The translations under genes were made by a program, and so were the position numbers. The notes beneath the pieces are model-generated. The model did not search any database and had not been told where the DNA came from. It saw only the letters and a program-made list of their open reading frames with translations. Below are positions 26,445 through 36,481 of a DNA stretch of 64,000 nt, piece after piece (position 1 is the first letter of the stretch; every line of letters begins with the position of its first letter). Source of the DNA: a virus. Its lineage: Duplodnaviria > Heunggongvirae > Uroviricota > Caudoviricetes. Location: positions 94,679 to 158,678 of IMG/VR virus record IMGVR_UViG_3300044765_000092, one strand, 5' to 3'.

Positions 26445-28820
26445 TCACTGACAAGCCTCGCAGTCGGGCCCCGCATCAATCGAGCACACTCGACCACCAG
26501 TCCAGTTCTCGCCACCGAGCTGTTCCTCCTGGGTAGGGGCATCGGTCGGTGCTTTCTCGTCGCGTTCTACCCGCTTGTTCAACGTCTGAGGCTCGGATTC
26601 CGACGCACGTGAGTACAGATAGTAGTTGGTCTTGACCCCACAACGCCACGATTCAAAGTAGTTGGCACTGATGCGATCGCCAAGCGAGTCGAAGTCCTCG
26701 TTCGGATCGTAGAACGAATTGAGCGACTGGCTCTGGTCGATCCACACCTGACGGGCGGCTGCACACCAGATAGACCATCGTTGGTCTACGTCCTTGGCAC
26801 ATGGGGTTGGCAGACCATACGGGTTGTCAACCACCGTCGGCGCAATGACCTTGAAGATGCCGCTCAGGTTTTCCTTGTGCGACACAAGTTCCCACGGCAG
26901 TTCGTGTGACTGCAAGACACCTGTGATGTTCGCAATCGTTGCCGTAGGAGCAATGGCCATGAGCTCGCTATTGCGCATCCCACCCTTGACCAGGTCACGC
27001 AGCTCGCTCTCTGTGGCAAACGGAGTATCAAGCTCGATCGCGAGTCCAAAGTCGAGGATACGCTTGGTCGTCAACGTGTCGGGTGGCAACACACCATCAG
27101 CCCACAGCGACTCGCTGAACTTGGGATAAGTTCCACGTTCTCGTGCCAGCAGCGCACTTTCGTGAATGGCGGTCAGGCTGATCTGGCGCCAGACTTCGAA
27201 CGCATACTTGACGTGGTCGACCGAGTCGTATGGGATGCCAAGCATTTGAATGGCCTGTGCTTCGCCCATCGCCCCGAGGCCGATTGCCCGATCCTCGTTT
27301 TGGAACTTAGTTCCACGTTCGTGCGGCACGAACCCAACACTGATCACGCTGTCTAGGTTGCGGACCTTGAGGCGAACTGCCTTTTCGAGATCAGAGTTCC
27401 ACTCGTATCCGCCTTTCTGATTCGGCGTCAGCAAGTGTCGCTGGTGCGCCAAATTGATGGACCCAAGGTTGCAGACGAAACTGATATCGGGCCCGTCTCG
27501 CAATAGGATCTCAGTACAGAGATTTGAGTGATGGACCGTGCCCGAGCGCTTCTGCATATAGCGAGCGTTGCTCGTGTCCTTGAAGCAAGGCCACCATGTT
27601 CCGTGCTGAAACGCGCGGGTCAGGATCTTTTGCCAGAGCTTGACAGCCGGCATCGTGCGCTTGGCCAAGCCAGCTTCTTCGTATTGCTTGTAGAGTTGCG
27701 TGAACTTCTTGTTGCCCGGCTCGTCATAGACTTCGTGCAACATTGGCACGTCTTTGGGGTCGAACAACGACCAGTCGGCCTTGGCTTCGACTCGACGCAT
27801 GAACTCGTCAGGAATCCACAGCGCTGGGAACAGATCGTGAGCACGTCCACGCTCGTCGCCGGGTTCCCGTAGATCGAGGAACGCCTCGATATCAGCGTGC
27901 CACGGCTCCATGTACACGGCGCCGCTGCCCTTGCGCTTACCACTCTGGTCAAAGCCGATCAGAGTGTCGTTGTACATCTTGAGGTATGGGATCGGGCCAC
28001 CAGCTCGACCACCAGTGCTGCTGATCTTACTGCCGTGTGCGCGAATGGGAGTGACCGAAATCGAATCGCCCCCAGCGAACTTGGAGTAGTTCGCGGTCTC
28101 GCGCAGGCAATCGAAGATGGCATCAGTGTCATCGTCCATGAAGTGGCCGAAGCACGAGCTCAGTTGCGGGAACACGGTTCCAGAATTGAACAGCGTTGGC
28201 GTGCTGTTCATGTCACGAAAATCAGAGTATTGGTTGTAGTATTCGAGTGCGTAATGGGTACGCATCTCTTTTGTCGGCTCGTCGAGCGCGACGCCCATTG
28301 CTACTCGCATCCAGAAGAACTGCGGCAACTCGATGACCGTGCCTTCTTTGTTGCGGATAAAGTAACGATCGGCCAAGGTCTGGAGACCTAGATACTGAAA
28401 CTTGAGATCGCGGGACGGGTCGATAGCCTTGTTGATGGCATCCAGGTCAAACTGGTCAGGGTCCATCAACTGTGACGAAAGCCGACCAGCATCGATACCG
28501 CGTTGTAGATAAGTTGAGATGTGAGGGTACTTGACGGACCCTTCGTTGGCGAACTTGTAGATCATCTGCAGAAGCAGACGAGCTGACATGTACGACCATT
28601 CTGGTTCTGTGGCTGAGATCCGCTCGGCAGCGCTGACGATAGTCAGTCGTTGAACTTCTGCCGTCGGCATTTCTTCATACATTGGAATCTGCTCGAGAGC
28701 CTCAAGGCTGGCCTCCGGCAGATTAAGCCCGTGAGCAGCCCACCGGATTGCCCGGCGATGCTTCTCTCCATTAAAGGGCTCGATGGTACCGTCTCTTTTG
28801 GTTACGCGGGTAACAGACAT
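26445..28820 (-). CDS. nrdA: Ribonucleotide reductase class Ia alpha subunit with ATP-cone
   Basis: VTKRDG ATP-cone, TPTLFNSG, NLCTEI (Cys radical site), VCNLGS, NYY and a C-terminal Cys cluster. Confidence 0.95.
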   Translation of the reverse strand: MSVTRVTKRDGTIEPFNGEKHRRAIRWAAHGLNLPEASLEALEQIPMYEEMPTAEVQRLTIVSAAERISATEPEWSYMSARLLLQMIYKFANEGSVKYPHISTYLQRGIDAGRLSSQLMDPDQFDLDAINKAIDPSRDLKFQYLGLQTLADRYFIRNKEGTVIELPQFFWMRVAMGVALDEPTKEMRTHYALEYYNQYSDFRDMNSTPTLFNSGTVFPQLSSCFGHFMDDDTDAIFDCLRETANYSKFAGGDSISVTPIRAHGSKISSTGGRAGGPIPYLKMYNDTLIGFDQSGKRKGSGAVYMEPWHADIEAFLDLREPGDERGRAHDLFPALWIPDEFMRRVEAKADWSLFDPKDVPMLHEVYDEPGNKKFTQLYKQYEEAGLAKRTMPAVKLWQKILTRAFQHGTWWPCFKDTSNARYMQKRSGTVHHSNLCTEILLRDGPDISFVCNLGSINLAHQRHLLTPNQKGGYEWNSDLEKAVRLKVRNLDSVISVGFVPHERGTKFQNEDRAIGLGAMGEAQAIQMLGIPYDSVDHVKYAFEVWRQISLTAIHESALLARERGTYPKFSESLWADGVLPPDTLTTKRILDFGLAIELDTPFATESELRDLVKGGMRNSELMAIAPTATIANITGVLQSHELPWELVSHKENLSGIFKVIAPTVVDNPYGLPTPCAKDVDQRWSIWCAAARQVWIDQSQSLNSFYDPNEDFDSLGDRISANYFESWRCGVKTNYYLYSRASESEPQTLNKRVERDEKAPTDAPTQEEQLGGENWTGGRVCSIDAGPDCEACQ

Positions 28821-28930
28821 CTGTGTTTGCCTTGGCTTGTTAGGAAGTACAGAACGCACAGCGCCACTGACTTAGCCTATCCAGTGGCGGAGCGCTCAAA
28901 TTAAACTTCCGATTTTCCGTTGTTTGCCGT

Positions 28931-30232
28931 CTAATTTACAGGCTTATCAGGGTCTACCGGCGTAGAGTCGGTACTCGGCTGTGCGTAGAGCTTGGTGACC
29001 TTGTCCTTGAGTTGATCGATGAGCACGCCGATCTGGCCAGCAGTGTCCAACGCCAACCAAGCTTCCTCTATCAGCTTGTTCTCGGTGAGCATGCGCCAGC
29101 GTTGAACGTAGTCCTCACCGTAGAGATGAAGGAATGACACGAAGTCAGGCTTGGCGATCTGACCTCCGAGCATTGCAACGTGAACCTTCTCAGGGTCTTG
29201 CAAGTAGTCCTTGTACTCCTTGAGCTGTCTGGTCAGCGACACGCGCTCAAGCCTCTCTTTCATCGCAGCTTCAGGCCACGGCACTCCATCAGGCCCCTTG
29301 AGTTTGTCTTCCAGCAGATGGATCCTGGCCCACAGCTCAGCTTCGGTGGTCGATACACAGAATGTGTTGAGCGCCTCTCGCAACTCGGCAGGAAACTCAG
29401 TGTTCGATTCTTCAAGGAAGAAGGTGTTGCTGAATTTCCTGAGCTTGAACTCAGGACTTGGTCCACGGATTCGGCCGGCATAGCACACACGACCGCTTGG
29501 ACTGATGCTGATCGACAGCATAGACCCTGTCTGGACGTCCGCCCAATCGAATCCGATATCACCGTCGTCCTCGATACAGGCTTCTGGTTCCTTGGTCTTT
29601 GTGTAGCGACCCGGCAGCTCACCTCGACGAATGTTTTGCGCAGCCTGACGGAGACGACCACCCGGTTCGGGTTCACCGGCGCCGCGCTGCATAATGTGAG
29701 CTAGGTCCTCGCAGAGTTGCGCACATCGCTCGCGTTCTTGCAGAAACGAGGGCGACACTCGCAGCTTTGAAGCCGATATCAGGCGCAGGACCACGGCGTA
29801 ATGGTCCGTTGCTTCGCAATGGTCGACCAGAGCATTGATCTCTTCGTCCGTTGGCATCTGCTTGGCGTCTTCAGCCTTGACCACCTCGATGTCGTACAGG
29901 CCGAGCCCTTGAGCATGGGCTGTCATCTGTTCGAGTGCCATCAGTTGATCACGCGATGGCCGCATCCCAGGCTCACGGTCGGCGTGCGGTTCACCTTCGC
30001 AGGGTTGATCGGCAAGCGTGGTGGCCGCATCGATGATGGCGATGCTTTGAGCCCAGCTCGGGGCTCCGCGCTGCTGGCCGACCCAAGTCTGGAGGAGTTC
30101 ACTGCGTTCGAACATCCAGTCACGACAAGTATCTTCGGGTGGACACTTGCCGGTCAGGAGTTCAATTGCGTGCCGGAATCGAGAAAGCCACGTCGTGCTA
30201 TTGTTAGGATGTTCAGTCTTCGGATAGCTCAC
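28931..30232 (-). CDS. Hypothetical multi-module protein, 433 aa
   Basis: Long co-oriented ORF, ATGA-coupled. Confidence 0.7.
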   Translation of the reverse strand: MSYPKTEHPNNSTTWLSRFRHAIELLTGKCPPEDTCRDWMFERSELLQTWVGQQRGAPSWAQSIAIIDAATTLADQPCEGEPHADREPGMRPSRDQLMALEQMTAHAQGLGLYDIEVVKAEDAKQMPTDEEINALVDHCEATDHYAVVLRLISASKLRVSPSFLQERERCAQLCEDLAHIMQRGAGEPEPGGRLRQAAQNIRRGELPGRYTKTKEPEACIEDDGDIGFDWADVQTGSMLSISISPSGRVCYAGRIRGPSPEFKLRKFSNTFFLEESNTEFPAELREALNTFCVSTTEAELWARIHLLEDKLKGPDGVPWPEAAMKERLERVSLTRQLKEYKDYLQDPEKVHVAMLGGQIAKPDFVSFLHLYGEDYVQRWRMLTENKLIEEAWLALDTAGQIGVLIDQLKDKVTKLYAQPSTDSTPVDPDKPVN

Positions 30233-30762
30233 TTGTGTTCCTTCAGATCAAGCGCGGCGTTGAAGCCAATCCAACTACTGTGCGTGCGACTGTCCGCGTA
30301 GGTGTGTGGCTCGTACGGCGGAGAACGCAGTGTCGCAATCGACAGATTCTCGGATTTACACCACCGTTCGAACAGCACGCGACGCGAGGGCCCAACACGG
30401 TTCCAAGTCTTAGCTTGAACCCGTAGGCCGCAGCAGTCGCAATAGACCGTAGGGCGCCCATCCTTGTAAACGGTGGTCAGGATCGCCAGTCGGTCGTTGT
30501 CACACTCTGGGCAGTTCTGTAGGTGAGCCCATGGATCAGATTCTGTTTCTGGTGCTGCAGACTGGTTCTCTGCCAGACTTTGCATGAGTTCCTGGCCCTG
30601 GTGACGATCAGCCTTCACCAGACTGACCCATCGCTTCAACTGCTTGATATGCTCCTGTACGACAGGCGCATCTCGACAGACCGAAGCTTCGTGGTTTTCG
30701 GTCTGCTCGTTCAGCCAGTTGATCAACGCTTCCCGGTCTTTGGTTAGATCAGCGTCGGCCAT
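30229..30762 (-). CDS. Protein with a Lar (restriction alleviation)-like zinc finger
   Basis: LQNCPECD...VYCDCCG...AKTWN pattern. Confidence 0.55.
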   Translation of the reverse strand: MADADLTKDREALINWLNEQTENHEASVCRDAPVVQEHIKQLKRWVSLVKADRHQGQELMQSLAENQSAAPETESDPWAHLQNCPECDNDRLAILTTVYKDGRPTVYCDCCGLRVQAKTWNRVGPSRRVLFERWCKSENLSIATLRSPPYEPHTYADSRTHSSWIGFNAALDLKEHK

Positions 30763-30955
30763 TGTTGTTCCCCTTGTTGTAGTACGGGCTGCCGGGCAGC
30801 GGAGCACCCGGACCGCTAGGCTCATAACCGTGGGCGCGCATGCGTTCCAACGTGCGCCGATAGTCGCTGTGGCTGCCGATCTCGTCGTAGTGAGCGAGCA
30901 GCGCCTCGTCCATCGACGGGTTGTACGGTCGGTTATTGTCGGTGGTGCTGTTCAT
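30749..30955 (-). CDS. Small hypothetical protein
   Basis: ATGA-coupled. Confidence 0.6.
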   Translation of the reverse strand: MNSTTDNNRPYNPSMDEALLAHYDEIGSHSDYRRTLERMRAHGYEPSGPGAPLPGSPYYNKGNNNGRR

Positions 30956-31275
30956 CGTGACGCTGCCTTGAACACCCAGAAAGCCTCGTAAGTCTCGTTG
31001 TATCCAGGTTTGTCGTATTCGACCTTCCAGCCCTGCTCACGGTACATAGACTCGAAGTTCAGCCAGTTAGGGTCGATGCTCCCACCATCGATACGACCAG
31101 CCATACGGATGGCCGCTTCTACTTCGCTACGGGTGAAGCGAACTGCTGGATACAATCCGATGCCAACCTTCTGCGCTAGCAGCGTGTTGACCGCCTTAAC
31201 CACAAAGCCCGGGATCACGTCGGCGACGGCAGCTTGCGCTTCTGCTGGGGTGAAGGGTTTGACCTTGTCGCTCAT
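30952..31275 (-). CDS. Hypothetical phage protein
   Basis: WLNFESMYREQGWKVEYDKPGYNE motif; ATGA coupling. Confidence 0.7.
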   Translation of the reverse strand: MSDKVKPFTPAEAQAAVADVIPGFVVKAVNTLLAQKVGIGLYPAVRFTRSEVEAAIRMAGRIDGGSIDPNWLNFESMYREQGWKVEYDKPGYNETYEAFWVFKAASR

Positions 31276-32369
31276 TGCTGCCCCCACGACCGCATCTCGT
31301 TGCGCAAGGCCTCACGTGAGGCCAGCATCTTCTGCGCGTCGGCCTGACGTTGGGTCCGGCCTTGCTGCTCGATGGCCTTGACCTGCTTGAGGCGATCGAT
31401 CAGCTTGGTCTGCGTGTACTCCAGGGTCTCGGTGTCGGCCACCGACGAACGCTGGCTCAGTTGCGCGGTCTTGATGCTGGCGTCGTGCAGTATATCGGCA
31501 CGACGGCGCATCAGCTCGTTGTTCCGATCGGCGATGGCGTTGCCCAACTCGGCTCGCCGCTGTTGCTTGGCCGCCTGGAGTGCCTCGGCCAGTTGGCGGC
31601 GCCACAGTGGAAGCGTCACCTCGATGATGTCGCGGAACGTCGACTCAGTGTCAACGTTGTTCTTCTGCATGGACCGGATGTCCGGCGCGTCCATCATGCC
31701 GATCTGGACGAAGCGTTCGAGGCGATCGATCTGGCGTTCGATGCGTGTCTGCACGTTCACCTCGTCTTGCACGAGCTGCGCGTGATCCATTGATTGATCG
31801 GACTGCGCCTTGAGTGATTCGACGTAGGCCACTTGCTGAGAAAGGATGGTCTTGAGTTGCTCGACGTTGGCTTGCAGCGCGTGGACTTCCTGCAGGTTGG
31901 CCTGATAGAGGTCGTCTAGCCACTTGTTCTCGTCGCGAATCTTGACCAGCTCGGAGCGCAGGTTGTCGGCGATCTTCTCGACTTGGGTGTTGACGTCCTC
32001 GAATTTTGAGATCATCTGGGTGCGCGTGTACTTGAACTTGCTCACCAGCTTGCCGATCAGGCCATCGCCGTCCTCTGCCGGAATGGTCTTGAGATCCACG
32101 CTCTCGGTCAGCGCCAAGATGTCGGTCACACCCTTGCCCAACGAACCTAGGTCAGAGCCCTTGACCTTGTTGAGCACTTGCTCGGCCAGCTGATTGACCT
32201 TGTCGGTGCTGGACTTCCCGATATCCTCGATCACGGTCGGCAATTGAGGCTTGGTCGCTGTGACCAGTGCCGTCTGGTTGACTTGAACGGTCGGCATTGT
32301 CAGGACCTCCACGCCAGGAGTAGGGGTGGCTGTCTTCTGGCCACCGAACATGCTGTCAAAGTTCTTCAT
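31272..32369 (-). CDS. telA: Toxic anion resistance protein TelA/KlaA family
   Basis: All-helical coiled coil of 365 aa with the LGSLGKGV...DIRSMQKNN...TLPLW pattern; next to terD and terC. Confidence 0.85.
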   Translation of the reverse strand: MKNFDSMFGGQKTATPTPGVEVLTMPTVQVNQTALVTATKPQLPTVIEDIGKSSTDKVNQLAEQVLNKVKGSDLGSLGKGVTDILALTESVDLKTIPAEDGDGLIGKLVSKFKYTRTQMISKFEDVNTQVEKIADNLRSELVKIRDENKWLDDLYQANLQEVHALQANVEQLKTILSQQVAYVESLKAQSDQSMDHAQLVQDEVNVQTRIERQIDRLERFVQIGMMDAPDIRSMQKNNVDTESTFRDIIEVTLPLWRRQLAEALQAAKQQRRAELGNAIADRNNELMRRRADILHDASIKTAQLSQRSSVADTETLEYTQTKLIDRLKQVKAIEQQGRTQRQADAQKMLASREALRNEMRSWGQQ

Positions 32370-32392
32370 TCGTTTCTCCTTCGATCCAGTGA

Positions 32393-33112
32393 TCAGGATT
32401 TCATCAGGCTATGGATGAGGCCCACGCACAGATTCTGTTGAGTAGGCAGTTCAACGTTCAGGAACTGGAGGACGTCACGCTCCCAACCAGCCATTGAAGC
32501 CACCAGTTGCTTCATCTGCGGAGCAGAGCTGGCAACCACTTGCTGTTGAGTGAGCAACGTGGCGATCCGCTTGTTCGCGTAATCGATATCCAGAGGGTCC
32601 GTCATCTGCGCTTTGTACGCCTCCAGCTCGGACCCGGCTTTGCCGAGTTGTTCGATCAAGTAGTCAAGCTGACTAAACGCTCGCTGCGCGCGAGTACACA
32701 GGAACAGGTCTGGTCGTTTGGCTGTGTTTACCTTTTGGACGATGCCGTTGATGTGACGCCGGAAGTCGTCCATCAACTCCTGAGGGTCAGGAGCCTTCTT
32801 AAACAGACGAGTCAGTCCGGACGGTGGCTGTGTTTTCTCCTCAACGATCTTGGACAGGTCGATCAGCTCCTGTCGTGCCCGTTCTACAGGATTGGGAGGC
32901 TGCGAAGCGAGTTCAGTGAACAGCTCCGTGTTCTCCCGCATCTTTTCGCTCAGGTCAGCTCGGTAGTCCAAAATGGCAGGCCCGCTCAAGCCTTTCGGCA
33001 GGGCGGGCGTGGTCCGAGTCGGGGCCGAAGCCTTGTCCTGGACAGGCCCAGGACTAGCCTGGGCCTTCTGCTGATTTTGGAACATCCGGCTGAAATCAGC
33101 CGGGGTGGTCAT
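32393..33112 (-). CDS. Second TelA/KlaB-like helical protein
   Basis: Helical; ATLLTQQQVV...QMKQL resembles the TelA C-terminal helices. Start MTTPAD. Confidence 0.5.
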   Translation of the reverse strand: MTTPADFSRMFQNQQKAQASPGPVQDKASAPTRTTPALPKGLSGPAILDYRADLSEKMRENTELFTELASQPPNPVERARQELIDLSKIVEEKTQPPSGLTRLFKKAPDPQELMDDFRRHINGIVQKVNTAKRPDLFLCTRAQRAFSQLDYLIEQLGKAGSELEAYKAQMTDPLDIDYANKRIATLLTQQQVVASSAPQMKQLVASMAGWERDVLQFLNVELPTQQNLCVGLIHSLMKS

Positions 33113-33128
33113 GTTGGCCCTAGATCGA

Positions 33129-33809
33129 TCAGGCCGTCTGAAACCCGTAGAGCTTGAAGAACTCGTCCAGTCCCTTTTGGAAACCCTGGTTGACGGCCGA
33201 CACCGTCCACACGCCGTTCTTCTTGCGGATCTCGACGAACAGCAAGGCTGTCGCGTCCGGCGCATCGTCTTCCAGATCGTAGTTGGCCAGCACTTCGTTG
33301 GTCGCCCCGTTGACCATGCGTGCGAACGAATTGCGCACCTGCCCGAAGTTCTGCTTGCGGTTCACCGCATCGTGAATGGTGACGATGCAGTGCAGGACAT
33401 TGACCTCGGCTGGCAGCCGATCGAAGTGGATTTCGATGGTCTCGTCCGGCTCCTTGTCGCCGGTACCACTGCCGCCCGTCGTGTCGTCACCACTGTGGAT
33501 CAACGCGCAACCCGGTGTCGTGGGCTTGCCACGTTTCGGCACATTGGTGTCAACGAACGTGGTCTTGCCGTCTTCCGTGCGGGTTTGGCTGTTGTAGTAG
33601 AGAACGAAGTCCTCGCTGTAGCCCTTTCCGAACGGATAGGCCGGATCGCCGTTATCGACCAGCGCGACGATCGATGCATCGAGATCGTAGTCGCTGCCGG
33701 TGCCGAACTGCTGCGGTGTCCAGCCGAGCTGGAGAATCATGTGGTTGATGGCCGAGCCGTCGGCCTTTTGCATCTTGAGCTTGGAGCCCTTGGTCATTTG
33801 GAGAGCCAT
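33129..33809 (-). CDS. terD: TerD/TerZ family protein
   Basis: LGW...DYDLDAS...HSGDDTTG...DETIEIHFDRLP...NFGQV...VEI...WTVSAVNQG. Confidence 0.92.
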   Translation of the reverse strand: MALQMTKGSKLKMQKADGSAINHMILQLGWTPQQFGTGSDYDLDASIVALVDNGDPAYPFGKGYSEDFVLYYNSQTRTEDGKTTFVDTNVPKRGKPTTPGCALIHSGDDTTGGSGTGDKEPDETIEIHFDRLPAEVNVLHCIVTIHDAVNRKQNFGQVRNSFARMVNGATNEVLANYDLEDDAPDATALLFVEIRKKNGVWTVSAVNQGFQKGLDEFFKLYGFQTA

Positions 33810-33830
33810 GATCAGATTCCTTTCGTTGGT

Positions 33831-34130
33831 TCAGAGCGGCGTTGTTTCTACGCCGTTGTTTGGAGCGCTGACATTCGGTTCGTCAGCATCGTGGACTACA
33901 CCTGCAGGCCGCTGCTGCGCACCGTAATACTCGTCGTTGTCCACAGCTACTATAGCGACCGCCTTCATCGACTGCCTGAACGCTTCTGTAGCCGGACCTT
34001 GGGTCTTGACGATTGTGCAGGTCGTTTGTTCCCCATTGGCTTTGCGGTTCAGCTTTGACAGCAGGGTTTCGAGATTGCGACGACTGAGGTATACGGTTTG
34101 CACAGCACGGTTACTCCGACTAGAAGACAA
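33831..34130 (-). CDS. Small hypothetical protein inside the Ter cluster
   Basis: VYLSRRNLETLLSKL...IVAVDNDEYY; the start is uncertain (possibly GTG near 34103). Confidence 0.6.
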   Translation of the reverse strand: MSSSRSNRAVQTVYLSRRNLETLLSKLNRKANGEQTTCTIVKTQGPATEAFRQSMKAVAIVAVDNDEYYGAQQRPAGVVHDADEPNVSAPNNGVETTPL

Positions 34131-35157
34131 CTGCTTGTGACTGCGCCTCGTCCTTACGCGCTACCAGCGAGTGAAGGAACGCAGTCCCGATGATCAGCAA
34201 GCTGCCGCCTGCGGTTGCCAATTCACCGATGTCGTGGCCCGCGGCCGACATGAACATGACCACGACTAGGAAGGCGATGGCGTAGAACGCGCCGTGCTCC
34301 AAGTACGCGAACTGTTCGAGCTTGCCGGTGTCCACCAGATAGAGGGTCAGGCTTCGGACGAACATGGCACCGATTCCGAGACCTAGGGCGATGATCAGGA
34401 AGTTGTTGGTGATGGCAAACGCAGCGATCACGCCGTCGAACGAGAAGCTGGCGTCCAGCACTTCCAGATAGAGGAAGCTGGCGATACCGGCTTTGGCGAC
34501 CGCCACACCAGCCTCACCGTCCTCCGCACCGAGGAACGCGCCGATACCGTCGACCAGTATGTAACCGACGATGCCGAGCAATCCTGCTGTGAAGAACTGC
34601 TTGGGGTCCTCCATCAGATTGTAGGTCAGCAGCACAGCCACGATTGCTGCTGCCGCCTGCACGCTTTCGATCTTGCCGATGGACACCAGATGTCGCTCGA
34701 TAAACGCAAGCCAGTGCTCGTCTTTGTTGGCGTCGAGGAAGAACTTGAGCGCCACCATCATCAAGAACGTGCCACCGAACGCCATGATCGACGTGTGTGC
34801 CGACACAATCGATGCCTCGTACTGCTTGGGATCAAACAGCGCCATGTGAACGGCCGCCCACGGATTGATGTGTGAAGCCACGCTCACAATCAGGACCGGG
34901 AACAGGAGTCGCATGCCAAAGACGGCAACGACCATACCCCAGGTCAAAAACCTGTGTCGCCATTCAGGCGACATGGTCTTGAGCGTAGACGAATTGACGA
35001 TCGCGTTGTCGAAGCTGAGACAGGTCTCGATGATGCCGAGCAGAGCGGCGCTCACCAGCGCAGCCAGCGGATTGCCATAGAACATGCCGACGATTGCACT
35101 GACGATGAGTGCAACTATGGCAAAGAGGGCCGACCCTCCAAAGTATTTGGCGAACAT
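34120..35157 (-). CDS. terC: TerC-superfamily (DUF475) integral membrane protein
   Basis: ETCLSFDNAIVN and LEVLDASFSFDGVIAAFA acidic TM motifs; about 9 TMs. Confidence 0.9.
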   Translation of the reverse strand: MFAKYFGGSALFAIVALIVSAIVGMFYGNPLAALVSAALLGIIETCLSFDNAIVNSSTLKTMSPEWRHRFLTWGMVVAVFGMRLLFPVLIVSVASHINPWAAVHMALFDPKQYEASIVSAHTSIMAFGGTFLMMVALKFFLDANKDEHWLAFIERHLVSIGKIESVQAAAAIVAVLLTYNLMEDPKQFFTAGLLGIVGYILVDGIGAFLGAEDGEAGVAVAKAGIASFLYLEVLDASFSFDGVIAAFAITNNFLIIALGLGIGAMFVRSLTLYLVDTGKLEQFAYLEHGAFYAIAFLVVVMFMSAAGHDIGELATAGGSLLIIGTAFLHSLVARKDEAQSQAVVF

Positions 35158-35205
35158 GGCGTTGATGCCTTTCTTGGTCGTTGAGGTTGAGTAGTGACCC
35201 TAGGG

Positions 35206-35970
35206 TTAGGCTTTCGGCTGATGCTTGATCAGCCAGTCGACCGCCTCCTTGGACAGGATTTGGTCGTACATCGTGTCATCGCTGACGCTGAGATCGCTGA
35301 AGTGGCAGAAGCCCACGTGATCGTGACGGTCAGCCACTTCCTTCAGAAGTCCGAAATCGCTTGGGTTGCCGACCCCGATCATCATGAAGTATTGCTCGGG
35401 ATGTGCGGCCAACAGGTCCTTGAAGTGGCCGCGATCACCACGATCGTCACCATCTGTGACGAACAGATGGAACGACGGGTAGTCTGGAGGCGTGACCTGC
35501 TGTTGTTGCGGCTGTTCTTGCTTCGGTTCCTTCTTGGAACCGAACAGGTTGCCGAAGAAGCTCTTCTTTTCTTCTTTCGGGGGTGGTGCCGGCTCGTCAG
35601 CATCGGGGGCCACTGCCGCAAACACGGCAGCCGCGTAGTTGGTGCCGGTCATCCAGGTGCCGCCGGCGCGGGACTGTTGCTGAAAATCATGTGCGATGTA
35701 GCCCGAGATCTGGTCTTCGGTCACGTCACCGTGTTTGTACGCCTTGGACCCAAAGCTGTAGACTTCGAGTTTGCCGTCCGCATCGAGCCGCAGAGCCACG
35801 GCCATCAAGCGTTCGGTCAGTTCCTGCATGTGACCGCGCTTGTAGAGATCCTCAGTCGAGCCGCTGACATCGAGTTCGAACTTGATCTGCGCCTTGATCG
35901 ATGGTGCGGCACCCCGCTTCTCCATCACCAGCTTGACCTTCTCGACACGCTTTTCCATGGTGAGAGCCAT
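35206..35970 (-). CDS. vWA domain protein (TerF-associated type)
   Basis: MIDAS DVSGS...GT.Y...FVTDG; FMMIGVG; AAGGA RBS. Confidence 0.88.
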   Translation of the reverse strand: MALTMEKRVEKVKLVMEKRGAAPSIKAQIKFELDVSGSTEDLYKRGHMQELTERLMAVALRLDADGKLEVYSFGSKAYKHGDVTEDQISGYIAHDFQQQSRAGGTWMTGTNYAAAVFAAVAPDADEPAPPPKEEKKSFFGNLFGSKKEPKQEQPQQQQVTPPDYPSFHLFVTDGDDRGDRGHFKDLLAAHPEQYFMMIGVGNPSDFGLLKEVADRHDHVGFCHFSDLSVSDDTMYDQILSKEAVDWLIKHQPKA

Positions 35971-36004
35971 TTTCGTTCCTTTCACGGTTTGGCTACAGGT
36001 GGAC

Positions 36005-36030
36005 AAAGAGGGGCGCACGGCCCCTCTTTT
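36005..36030. terminator. Stem-loop (terminator or leader hairpin) upstream of the vWA gene
   Basis: AAAGAGGGGC-GCACG-GCCCCTCTTT. Confidence 0.65.
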
Positions 36031-36039
36031 ACTACAACT

Positions 36040-36249
36040 TCATTTACAGTTTGGTCTGGTGGTCTTGACTGACCACGAACGGGCTTCGTTGGCTGCTACT
36101 TCCTGCGGATGTTGGTCTCGAACCTCGTTCCACAGGATGGTTGCCATAACCATCAGTATGTCGGCCTGAACATCGGGCCGCAGATCCAGCAGTTTTGATG
36201 CGCACATCCGAATCCACGGAGTGCGTGGCATGTAGTACGCGATAGCCAT
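36040..36249 (-). CDS. Small hypothetical protein
   Basis: AGGAG RBS; packed. Confidence 0.6.
   Translation of the reverse strand: MAIAYYMPRTPWIRMCASKLLDLRPDVQADILMVMATILWNEVRDQHPQEVAANEARSWSVKTTRPNCK
36041..36051 (-). promoter_or_regulatory. Recurrent motif AACTGTAAATG (putative phage promoter), exact copy
   Basis: Exact copies also at 39948, 44524, 46866 and 53554 (minus strand) and 14655 (plus strand, in the plus-strand island). Confidence 0.65.
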
Positions 36250-36250
36250 T

Positions 36251-36481
36251 TCATCTCCTTGCTAGCTCGCACCGACGTCTTCGATCTTCGGCTGGTTGCG
36301 CCGACCGGTCGACCTCGAACTCGACACCCACGTTGTTCTGGTTGTTGATCAGCCAGTTGCCGACGGCCTGAAGCATGGTCCGTCCTCGGCCGACGTATGG
36401 CAATCCCGGAGCAGCCGGCTCGTCGACCACGAATTGATCACCCTCCTTGGCGATCTTGAGTTTGCGTTTGCCGTTGGTCAT
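36251..36481 (-). CDS. Small hypothetical protein
   Basis: ATGA-coupled to NAMPT. Confidence 0.65.
   Translation of the reverse strand: MTNGKRKLKIAKEGDQFVVDEPAAPGLPYVGRGRTMLQAVGNWLINNQNNVGVEFEVDRSAQPAEDRRRRCELARR

Noticed and set aside
26330-26542. 70-aa minus-strand ORF overlapping the nrdA end
   Set aside because: No RBS and it overlaps nrdA by about 100 bp; the region is better explained as structured non-coding sequence.
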